Shown: piece by piece, positions 48,577 to 58,939 of the stretch
Position numbering within the stretch: the stretch's first letter is position 1
How the letters are laid out: each line of letters opens with the position of its first letter
DNA from: Ramazzottius varieornatus
Taxonomy: Eukaryota; Animalia; Tardigrada
Length of the DNA: 64,000 nt
NCBI GenBank assembly: GCA_001949185.1
Contig: BDGG01000013.1
Span: forward strand, 248,001-312,000
Direction: 5' to 3'
Notes under the pieces: generated by a model
Told to the model about the DNA's origin: nothing
The model's input: only the letters and a program-made list of their open reading frames with translations
The model's database searches: none
Position numbers and translations under genes: made by a program

Positions 48577-49179
48577 TTAGATATTGGTCTTTGAGCCTTC
48601 AGTAACGCTGGCGATCGAGGGTACTTCGACGATAGTTTCAGGAATACCAAAGGCCGGTGGCGGTCGGTTTTCCGTTCTCTCCGCTCGCATCTGCTCGAGC
48701 TCCTTGGCCCTTTGCTCAGCTTCCGCTTTCTCTTTCGCGTCCGCCTGGGCTTTCTGGGCAGCGTCCCGTTTAGCTTGCTCCTTCGCGATCTTGTACTGAG
48801 CTTTTCTCTGTCTGTCTTCGACCATTTGCACTCTTTCCTCGAACTCGGCTCGCAACTGAGCTTTCTCTTCCTGAAGCCTCTTCTCGAGCTCGACATTCTT
48901 AGCACTCTGGGCTAACCATTGCCCTAGGTATTCGATCGGATCGTTCGGTCGAAGCAATAAAGTCTCGGCGATTCCTTGCACCAGGACATCCCCGACGTTC
49001 TCTCGCATCCATTGGAAATTCGGCAGATAATCTTCTGCTGGATTCTCAGCAGGGACTGTCTGCTTTTGACTTGCTGGCGTCCCCGGAGGCACTGACTGCC
49101 TTTGGCTTGCTGGAACAGCCAGAGGTACCGATTGTCTTTGAATGGTGAAATCTTCAAGTGGAGGTACGTTATCGGACAT
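48577..49179 (-). CDS. DPY30-domain-containing protein (DYDC-like), single coding exon
   Basis: WMRENVGDVLVQGIAETLLLRPNDPIEYLGQWL (Dpy-30 motif), followed by a coiled coil. Confidence 0.85.
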   Translation of the reverse strand: MSDNVPPLEDFTIQRQSVPLAVPASQRQSVPPGTPASQKQTVPAENPAEDYLPNFQWMRENVGDVLVQGIAETLLLRPNDPIEYLGQWLAQSAKNVELEKRLQEEKAQLRAEFEERVQMVEDRQRKAQYKIAKEQAKRDAAQKAQADAKEKAEAEQRAKELEQMRAERTENRPPPAFGIPETIVEVPSIASVTEGSKTNI

Positions 49180-49856
49180 GGTAAGAATACACCAGTTTGG
49201 CAGAGTTACAAGGAAGAGAACTGTTGCTGGGAAGAAGAGCCAGATAGGAAAACCACTGGGGAGACTGGCACAGCCTTGATGCGGGGGCGGTCGGAAGGGA
49301 AATTTTCGCCTTTCGCCTAGTCACAGCCCCGGACTCTAGGGTGCAAAATGAATTACATCACGTTAAATTTTCTGCCCTTTTTGCTTCTTCGTCTCCAAGA
49401 TCTATGCTTCATTTATCCAACTTCATCTGCGAGAAAATCATCGGAACACCAAAGAAAGCGAGTAAGTGAGCGGTCGACTTGACTGCTGCACGGCTGCCGA
49501 TGGATTAAGGCTGGACTGTGGTCCCAAGAAAGGCATCTTGTCCGAAAGTCAATGGGCAGATGTTCGGTCTGCGGTCTCGACCAGATGACCGTATCTTTTT
49601 GTCCAGCGTCCCACTGATCTGCGCGCTTTTCTTCCGAGCTTCCGAACAGTTTCCTCCTTCCTCTGAACTTCTGGACGGGAAGATTCTCTGGAGCAACCGA
49701 CCATAATACTGCACGATGGAAGTCTGATGCTTTACTTCCGTTGATTGGTCCCGTTCTGATTTTCAAAAGGCCGTGCCGTGGCTTGTGAGTGCAGGGCACG
49801 AACCTGCTCAGTCCAGCCTCTAATTTTCCTTGTGGTTTTGCAGGGACCTCGTCCAG

Positions 49857-51144
49857 ATGGAGAGCAGCCTGCAGCAGGAAGCCACCAGCGGCCCTCACAT
49901 GTACGAGTCTCTTCTGATGGAAGGCGAAGCAGACGGTGTCAGTGGCGATGTGTCGGAGCAGACCGAAACTACCGAAAGTATCGGCGAGGACCTGACGGAA
50001 ATGGAAACGGAGACGGGGCTCCAGCTGGCTGAGGACGCTGCCAGTCAGTCCCTCACTTCGCCACAAGCCACATCGTCCTTCACTGTTAACAGTTCACTGC
50101 CGCTGTCCACAGGACCCATCCGAGCGCGAGTCCACAAACGCACCTACATTCGCGTCATGAAAGAAGAAGCAACCGAAGAAGCCGTGGTCCAACCGGAAGG
50201 CGAGGACGAAGATGAAGTCGAGCTTCCGGATCCCGCTGACGCTGAAGCACGCGAAACAGCGCAGTTGGCAATTGGTAAACGAAGCAGCGGAGAACGACCC
50301 TTCCAGCTGCAATGGTTGTACCAGTTCAAATGGCTGCGTTACGATGAAGAGAACAACAGAATGTTTTGCGATTACTGTACGGAAGCCAAACGAAAAAACG
50401 CTTTTGGCAAGGAACGAGGTGAAAATCAACGTGCAGATCAAAGTCAGAGACCGTAACAAAAGCACATTCAGACACTCTAGACTATCCCAGCATGTAACCG
50501 CTTTTCCGAGCACCTCATACTGCACTACAACAGACGTCGGCGAACGACTTGAACAAAACCGTTGCCTGAAGTGGCGCACTTTTCCATTATTATTGGCCAA
50601 AGCTTGCGCCACTTGCAAAACGATCATGTTCAAGACCGTCAACTCTGAGTCATTTGCCGACGTCCTAAATGCTGAGGTCGTTCCGCACCCCACCTTGAAG
50701 GAATACGCAATCAGTTTCTTGTGCTTTCTAGGAACGAACAACTTTCGAAAGAGTAACTGCGAAGAACATCAACGAAGCCGAGAGCATCGTCTGGCTCAGG
50801 AGCAGCTGGCGACTCTCCGAAAGAGTCGACCGTCCAGTGCGTTGGACGACTCGGTCGAAGAGGTGGTCCGAGGGTACTACCAGCCACGAAACGTCCACAT
50901 TGCCTCCCAGAAAGGCAAAGCCATTGTCTCACCACAGAAAGCCGGCGGACAAGTAGCAGCTCCTGCAGAGAACATCAGCCAAGCGAACCTGGAGTTCCAC
51001 GCAAAGAAGGCCCACATGCTGCTGTCAGGCTTCATGTGCCAGAAAAACCTCCCGACCACCTTGGCCAAAGAACTGCTGGATATCATGCCTTTCATGTTTC
51101 CCGATTCGAAGATAGCTTCGGCTATTCCTAAGATGGAATTTTAA
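49857..51144 (+). CDS. Acidic protein with a TTF-type (ZNF862/C17orf113-like) zinc finger
   Basis: Exons 49857-50418 and 50732-51144 join in frame to give RPFQLQWLYQFKWLRYDE..MFCDYC..NAF..GTNNFRKSNCEEHQRSREH. Confidence 0.8.
50455..50650. repeat. Family A copy or dimer (TTF-finger gene intron)
   Basis: ctgaagtggcgcac-ttttccattattattggccaaagc-ttgcgccacttgcaaaacgatc. Confidence 0.75.
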
Positions 51145-51340
51145 ATTCTTAACTTGATAGCTTTCAGTTGTTTGATTTCAAAATGAAGTGGAGAAAAGGT
51201 TACCAAAGAATTTCACCAATCTTTCTCTGGTTTATTTCTGGAGCCAAAATTACTTTTCGTATCCATTTATGTTTCCTCAGCTTTCATATTTTTCATGTGA
51301 AGGTGATGTAGGTTCGGAAGTAGAAAATGATTTTTACTCT

Positions 51341-53569
51341 TCACACAATGACGACTTCTTTGACAACATCATACTGTAAAAAGCGTTCAAACTCAAACTT
51401 GGTCATGTCTATATCCACGTACTTCATTTCGTACAAAAGTTCACCCAGAGCATGGCCGACAGCCGGCGCATGCTGGATACCATATCCACTAAAACCACAA
51501 GCGAAGGAGATATTAAAATAATAAGGATGTGGGCCCACAATGCCCGTTTGGTCAAAATAGTTATAGTCGTAGAAGGTATGCCATGATCCCCTCAACTGCA
51601 ATTTAAGAAACACATGTCAGCAGTTATTTCCTTCGAAACTCAAAGGAAGCCGGAAGCGGGTTTCTTACCTTGAGTTTGCTGAAGACCGGAGCTCGATAGA
51701 CCAACTTCGGCCACAGGACGTTATTGAAGAACTCTTCGCCAGAGTTCGGATCATCCGGATCGGGTTCTTGCTGGTTGGAGCGAGGTGTGTAACTGCACAT
51801 GTACATCCCGTTGATGCCTTCTCTCCTTACGTACAACCCGTTGGGGTCGACGAGGATGGGAAAGGACAGCCTGGGACCTTCTGGGCAGTGAAACATATAA
51901 ATGTACCTTTTCCTGCAATACACCAATGGATTTCTTCAAACTGTGGTAATTGGAAGGTCGGCAAACAACGAGCACAATATCGTCATCCCAAGTGGCGCAC
52001 TCTACTATCCAATAACGATGAGTAAGTGTGCCACTTGGAACGCTCTCGTTCCTGCCGATTTTGTAATTAGGGCTACTTGACAAAGTGAAAACGAAACTGC
52101 GGGTTACCGTTTCTCGATGGGACACTGGATAACGCGTATACCAGGCTGAGGCTTTCCTATCCCGAGAAGCTCGCAGATTTGCGCTGCTTCGTGTCCAGCT
52201 GCAATCACAGCTTGCGAAAACTGTATTCTCTGTTCGCCGTGGTTGTGCGTCTTCACCTGTAACGTCAGAGCAGGATGACGATCCCATGCAACTAGCTCGT
52301 CTAAAGGGCAGAACCTACTTTGGCTCTGACCATTCGCTGGAATTTCTGCCCGCCCGCGCCGCTGATGTAGTGCTCAGGGAAGTCTCCCCACTGGTTATCG
52401 TTCTCGAAACCGATCACTTCGCCATCGACGTAGTGAATGCCCATTGACAGGTTCTTCTTTTTGAGAGCGTAAAGGAGCTTCCAGGTGTCGTACCAGCCTT
52501 CCTGTTCCAATCCGTAACTGGCCAGCGCGATGTCTTCCAGGTTCATCCAAGGGTAGCGAGCTGCTAGTCTTCCTGGCGTCATCAGCGCCACTTTAGCCCC
52601 ACACTCGATCTGCATTTCGTGGTTGATTTTCATCTGGGGAACATCGGCTTCGGTTCCCAAAAAGAGGAAGCCTTGTGGGTTGAACTTTACATCGTCGGGT
52701 TCGTCAGCTAAAAAAAACCCGGAAGTGTAAAGTTACTTTACAAAAGTACGTATGTGATGTAATCATTGTAATGAGCAATTTCACAGGAACCACTGCAAGT
52801 GGCCCATGACACCAAGAATCACCGCCGCCGTAAGCACCTTACTCGCGTTACTGTGACAGAGCGACTTTGACGTCATGCTGCTCCCCACCGATCTATTTTC
52901 CCCCAAACAGTAACTTCGTTGTTACGGCATCTTTTGTCAGTCGCTTTGGTTCTTACCATATACATTGAGCTTCTCCTTCATCGTCCTCAGGAACTCAGCT
53001 CCATAGAGCGCGGCTTTGACATTCTCCGGTTGAGAGAACTGTACTCTGATAGTGCCCATGGAGTTTGTGCTGGCTGCGTGCTGGTAGGTTGGGTCCTTCT
53101 CGACCACGACGATGTTCAACGCCTCCGGAATCTTCTCCTTCAAATAATACGCGACAACAGAGCCCATGATACCCCCTCCGATAATGAGAGTATCGCAGAA
53201 CTGAGGGAAGATGCGAGCTTCGCGCCAGCCAGGGCCAGGACTGCGGCCACGGATGGCATCCCATAATTCCCACCCTTGATGCTTCAGAACTTTGATCGCG
53301 CGCTTGGTGGGATCGGCGGTCAGTGGATCGTCTGGCACGTAGGTCGGGCGATAGATGGGTCCAAAATCGTCGAACTTGGGCGCTTTCTGCTTGGAGGATT
53401 CCTTGGCCAGTCGCTTGGCTTCGTCCATCTGTGCGCGAGCAGCATCCCGGCTAGCTCCTGTGTCATCCTTCTTTGAGTCGTCGGAGTACCACCGCTGGCA
53501 CCGACAAACAAGCCTCAGCCGTGGAGAGGTATTTTGGAAAGAAGGGAGAACGCAGAATGCTTTCTTCAT
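51341..53569 (-). CDS. FOXRED1: FAD-dependent oxidoreductase domain-containing protein 1 (complex I assembly factor)
   Basis: IIGGGIMGSVVAYYL, VVEKDPTY, GTIRVQFSQPENV, GLEQEGWYD, YDYNYFDQ, ACGFSGYGIQHAPAVG. At least 4 exons. Confidence 0.92.
51951..52095. repeat. Family A copy (FOXRED1 intron)
   Basis: ggtcggcaaacaac..cccaagtggcgcac-tctactatccaataacgatgagtaa-gtgtgccacttgg..ctgccga. Confidence 0.82.
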
Positions 53570-53920
53570 CTTTGTACCTGCAAAACACCTGCTCAAAAAG
53601 GGAAGAAAAGAAATCACTTAAACCAGGAAAAAGACAAGAACATTAAAAGTTTTGCTTCCGGTCTCTCAGACAATCAAAATCAAAAACGCAAATCAACTCG
53701 CTTAGCTGATGTACATACGGTATGTATCAAGACGTGAAATACTATGAGTCTATGACACACATGGCGATGGTTAACTAGTAAGTCATGTGACATGTCTTTT
53801 TTACCAATTTCTATTCCTAAGTCTGGATGTTTTAGCACTAGCAGTCTTCCAGAAAATTTCTTTCTTCTTCTCTTCGGCGCGGTAATTTTGGATTCTGTGT
53901 CTGACGATTCGAGTTGAGCG

Positions 53921-54436
53921 ATGCAGGCTGCGGGGATCATTGTGTACAAGGAGATCGAGCAGAAAGTGCTGATTCTGCTGCTACAGACCTCGTATGGCGA
54001 GCACCACTGGACGCCTCCAAAAGGTACGAGATCATTCCCAAAAATGATTTTGTCGCCAATTTTGCGTCATAACATGTCATATCAACAGGTGGTTTCAGGG
54101 TTCGTCGATGGAAACGAAGAACCGCTGACGGCAGCATACAGAGAAACCGAAGAAGAAGCCGGACTGAGGAGAAGTGATCTGGTGCTCCACGAGGACTTCA
54201 AGAAGACTTTGAATTATTTTGATCCGAGTAAACAAAAAAACAAGTGTGTGATCTACTGGCTCGCAAAAGTTGCCAGCAATGAAGTTACTGTGAAGCTCTC
54301 TTCCGAACATCGGGATTTTAAATGGCTAGAGCTACCCGAAGCGTGCGCGCTTGCTGGTCATTCCGACATGGCCGAATTATTTCAAAGTGCGGCTGACTTC
54401 CTCAAACGGAAGCACGAGAGCTTTCCAGCGAAGTGA
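53921..54436 (+). CDS. NUDT2: Bis(5'-nucleosyl)-tetraphosphatase, asymmetrical (Ap4A hydrolase), 2 exons
   Basis: LLLQTSYGEHHWTPPKG|FVD.NE..AAYRETEEEAGL Nudix box, and LS.EH.DFKW. 75-nt intron at 54024-54098. Confidence 0.92.
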   Translation: MQAAGIIVYKEIEQKVLILLLQTSYGEHHWTPPKGTRSFPKMILSPILRHNMSYQQVVSGFVDGNEEPLTAAYRETEEEAGLRRSDLVLHEDFKKTLNYFDPSKQKNKCVIYWLAKVASNEVTVKLSSEHRDFKWLELPEACALAGHSDMAELFQSAADFLKRKHESFPAK

Positions 54437-55613
54437 AAGAAACGACAGAAGGAAACTTGCCTCCGTGGTTCGTTCTGAACGTAAGGTAAGACAGGCGGCT
54501 CTTGCGTTCAGGTCCAGCGGGACGAAGTAGCATCGGACGGCAGAACTGCTGGAAACCAAACCACAATAAAAATTGATATCAAAATTTGGCGAGCATTGGG
54601 GTGATTGTCTGAACTACTTCAGCCTGTTTATAGTTTCTGTACGAGGAGCGAGACCCAACTTTACCCTTTTGCCGTACTGGTGACAACTTTTTCCACTGTC
54701 GTTTTCTCACTAACGTTCCGCTACCAAGATCCCAAAATAATTCAAAAATACCTATGAACACTTCGCTATATTTCTACTCAGTCAAAAGTGGGAACAAGTA
54801 CAAAATCATGACGCGAGAAATTCCAGAGGGGAAGCCGTTCGGGAATTCTGTTCGATGTTAAGTTAGGGATTACGCTTTCTTCAGAGGGCGCAGCCGCGCG
54901 GCAAGCCTCGCTACAGTCAGAGATTAGAGGAGGTAGAGGAAACGCTGTATATACCGTAGAGGCGCAAAACATGGAAGCGGTAGAGGCACTTACAACTACT
55001 AACGAACATCCCCATTGGTCTGATATGCACAGAGGTCGCGCCGGATCAGAGTCGGTTGCATTTGGGTCACTGGACTGGTTCGATACTTACTCACGGTGGC
55101 AGCTCCGCAGTGAGCCGCCACCGTAAGTAATTGCCGGACCTACGCCACAAACGCAGGTGCTTCATGTACCTGCATACATAGTTAATGGGCAACGACTCGA
55201 TCTGTCAGCTAAGGCTAAACTGTCGGTTTGTCCAAACAGCTAAAAGACTTGCAAGGTCATCCATTTGACCTCGACCTTTGATGCTCGCTAGTCCGGCAAT
55301 GACTTTATCATTGGAAGACTGGCGTGACACACTTACGCGCCCTCTACCCCCTCTAGTCTCTCTGCTACAGTCCAGGATCAGCTGATTCATTAAACCACAA
55401 GTAGAAAGCCTGCAGCTGCAACAAGATGTCTTTCTAACATTCGGCCTGATTTCTATTCGAAATCGAAACATTTACCCACTTTCGATCGAAAACGCATTGT
55501 TCACGCAGTATTCATGGGACTTATTCCTCTGGAAGGCTGTCCTCCTTCTTGATCTGTCAACTTCCGCTGGTGCTCGCCTGACATCTACGGTTTATCATCC
55601 AGAACGGCGATAT

Positions 55614-55725
55614 ATGAAATCTCATCCGGACGTGGAGCTTACTTTGGCTGTTGTTAACAATGGAATGTCCATCAGGATGGCGGCTGCGAAGTATGATATA
55701 CCTCACGAGACCCGGTGCACTATGA
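55614..55725 (+). pseudogene. HTH_psq fragment of a pogo-like transposase
   Basis: VELTLAVVNNGMSIRMAAAKYDIPHET. Confidence 0.55.
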
Positions 55726-55729
55726 CCCC

Positions 55730-56050
55730 CTGGGGGAGAATTTCGCCCTTCTAAGTGGGAAGATCGATTGAACTCGACGAGATCTATCGAACTGCATCAG
55801 CTGTTGTTGCAATGGGGACCTTCAGTCCAGGGCTAGTAAAGCGTAACAACAGAGCTGGAGCTCGCTTTGTTCTTACGCGTGCTAGGCCTGCGCGCACGCA
55901 ACCTGAACCCCCCAAACCACACTTAATTAACGTTGCGGTCACCAGCCTTTACCAGGGGATGTCACTGTTGCAAAAACGGCTGATGCAGTTCGATAGATCT
56001 CGTCGAGATCTATCGAATGGTCATATCAGGGGGGCGACATTCAACCCCAG
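55730..56050. mobile_element. Foldback MITE with ~90-bp arms
   Basis: ctcgacgagatctatcgaactgcatcagc is mirrored by gctgatgcagttcgatagatctcgtcgag. Ends CTGGGG..CCCCAG. Confidence 0.75.
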
Positions 56051-56119
56051 TTAGATTAGTACTATACTCGAGAGCCTGTGGAAACATCCAGAGAAGGTCG
56101 ATCGTCCCAACAACTATCA

Positions 56120-56210
56120 GGCCGTACAAGAACGTCTTCCAAGTGACGCACTTTTGCTGGTAATAACAATGTGAATGTGCGCACTGAGGAGAACAACCAA
56201 ACTCGGTAGA
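56120..56210. repeat. Family A copy (non-intronic)
   Basis: ttccaagtgacgcac..gtgcgcactgagg. Confidence 0.65.
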
Positions 56211-56599
56211 TCTCTATTCTCCTGTGGCAGACGCTTCTAGCCAATAACATTGAAAATGGGTGTCAGTTCGGAAAACAATCAGTCGCAACATCGCATAACG
56301 CGACCAGTGGCGTCATATGTGACATAAAGTGAAAAAGAGGGGGTCCTTGCGATTGGCGCACGTTGGCTTCTGCCTCGATTTCCACGATAAATCATAACAG
56401 TTAAAACTTTAGCCACTCCTTCTCGGTGGCCCTATGGTAAGGTTGTGCATTTCAAATCCCACTCCTTTCCATATTCCGTTCCTTTCCAGGCATTCCTCTG
56501 CGTTCCAAGGGGTGAGGATTTGGAACGGTAGAATTCCTATTTTGGAAAACAGGCGAGGAACTTCCGAATGAGCGTCTTGCCACTTCTCACTTGCCATCT

Positions 56600-58560
56600 T
56601 ACATTTGTGAAAACAGTTCACGACTGTGGAGGGTATAACGTCTTTTCAGGCTTCGATCGATCAGTCTACAGCATCGAATATCGTCAGCCCCTTGACAAAA
56701 TCTTCGACTCCGTTTACAATGGGAATTCTTTCAAAGACACGCTGGAAAAGATGACGTTTAAAACAATCTTTGAAGGTCTGGATGATACCGGCGTCCAATG
56801 GCTGAGCTCGTGCGGTACAGTTTGGTGGAAAGAAGTGAAGCTTGACGTTTGATCGGGAACCTTATGGGCGATGAAGTTGTCCAGAATCAGAAGAACGACA
56901 CGGTTTTGCTTGACCATCTCGCCATTAAGCCAGTCCAGCCAGGAGTTGAATATGGCCGTGGTCATACAGGCGGTACTGTTATAATAGTATGAAAACCCGT
57001 ACTCGTCGACCTTAATATCATGTACGAGGGAGAGGTTGTCGAATGGGCCACACCACTTAGGAGTTATGGAGTGGGCCAGTCAGTCTTTTCGCTAACTATC
57101 CACTATTTCCGTAAAGTTTTCCGATGAAACGCTAGAGAATATCTTTTTGTATGTCTGTGCACAGGTTATTAGCAGAGCAAAATTCAGATGCTCAAGATGA
57201 GATGCCCGATCTGGAAAATGATCGCATCCCATGTTAAGAAAACATGAGCATAAAGTAGTAGAGAGGCCACAAGAGGCGCTGCTGCCGCCTTTCCGAGTGA
57301 CTCACTCAGCAAAACTGAATCGTACAGCAGGGCCAAATTTTCAAAACAAGCATACGAAATCGTTTCTGAGGACATTCTCTCATTCATCTCAAGCATGTCG
57401 TCTCCCAAGCTCGTCAGTGCTGCAGAAACCCAAAGTTGTGAAGTTGTGGTAAAGAAGTCTAGTGTAAGACAAACCCTTCCGTTGGACTATTGAAATCATT
57501 TGCAGCATAAAGCTGGACCGTAAGCAACATACCACAAATCTAAACCTGCGGTGTAGCTCGAACCGCCAGTTGAACAAGCGCATTGTGCGTGGTGCCACCC
57601 TATACCACAGCTATTTTCGCGGTGGCCCACTCCATAAACCCAAAATGATGTGGCCCACTCGATAACCTCTCCCTCATACGGCATTTTTCTGAAAGGCTCG
57701 AGATCGTTCGGCGGTACCGATCACACATACGGCAAACCTTTCGCCACCGGCAGAGCATAGAAGGAAGATAGTGATTCTATCTTTTGCGACCTTCACACCA
57801 GTTTCTTGCTTTCCACCAATGACCAACGACTAAATCCCCACATTTCGCCACCACATTCCAGTTTAATCCGCATTGAGGAGGTTTTTCGGGTCATTATTGA
57901 GAAGTATCTTCGGCTGATCATCCAGAAACCACTTTTCAAGAGCGACCAAGTCCGTACTGGATTCCTCGCCTAAAAATATGAGTGAGTTTGTAAAAGTGGC
58001 TAATCTATGAACGACCAATCTCTTCAACGATTTCTTTAATTTCTTGAAGGATTTACTATGAAGCCTTTTCAGGTTTATATCGTTTCGTTTGGTGAACTTC
58101 TCGTACCATCCGTTGGTGCACTTGAAGCTGGCAATTCTCAGGGAAGAGGCAATGAAAGTGGCAGTGTTTCGGAGGAAAACAGGACGGATAGGTATGCGCT
58201 TGCTTCGGGCCCACTTCAGGAGCTTCAAACATCCCTCTTCGACCTCAGGAAATTGTAAATTCACGGTGGTTCTCTTCCGTTTTCTCACGGCACTACCACC
58301 AGTTTTGAGAGCTGCAGCGATAGCGCTGGTCTTTTCGTGGATCAACCGTATTCCGCTCTCTGTCATATCGAAACGATCCGCCAGATCGCCAGCTTTAGCC
58401 TGAAATAAGAACAGAACTTGCTTGTTGACAGGAAGCTGATATTTTGTGAGCAACTTACACCGTGATCCATCAAGTGAGCGATCTGAGCTCGTCTTTCCAG
58501 TACGGTACTTTCCAATACAGCCGGCTTCCGTCGCTGGTTCTGATTATCTGGATACAAGAA
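56600..58560 (-). pseudogene. Tigger/CENP-B-like pogo transposase remnant
   Basis: FPEVEE..W..AR..F..TNGW.EKF.KR.DI, NAD, KDRITIFLLCSA.GE, MTTAIFNSWL..LN..M..QNR.VLLILDNF.AH, with stops and a nested MITE. Confidence 0.88.
57025..57676. mobile_element. TA-target MITE nested in the Tigger transposase
   Basis: TIR (C/T)GAGGGAGAGGTT(G/A)TCGA(A/G)TGGGCCACA with TA duplicated. Removing it restores AFQKNAV|HDIKVDEY. Confidence 0.85.
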
Positions 58561-58939
58561 CAGATACAAGAACTAAAGCAGTAGGACAACGGGAAAGGTG
58601 CCGGAATAAGCGTAAATTGGGGAGAGTGAACACATTAGAAAACCATCGGAAGTGCTATGGTTCAGTTTGTGATAGAAGCCTTTGACTGAGCAGCTGATTC
58701 ACTAGTACTAGTACCGGACGTGAGTCGCTACAGCTTTGCGCGGTTGGTTCACCTTCTTGATTGACTCCACGGACGTCATAGCCTCTTCGGCAAGTCAGCT
58801 ATCGCAAACTCGGCATGTGTGTTTTCGTAGAAAACGTATCTAAAGATTAACCTTTTACTCTGTTCCGATGCAAAGCCAGGCTAAGCGCTGTATGAACAGA
58901 GTTCGAAAAATGCCGCAAGAGCGCCAGAGAAAAAGAGGG

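Noticed and set aside
54024-54098. Apparent 25-aa insertion in the NUDT2 Nudix region (similar read-throughs in PAICS 37850-37942 and ZNF622 ~47527-47616)
   Set aside because: These are canonical GT-AG introns that happen to be 3n and stop-free. A few are expected among dozens of short introns.
55083-55200. ATACTTAC resembling the U1 snRNA 5' end
   Set aside because: The sequence diverges immediately, with no U1 stem-loops or Sm site.
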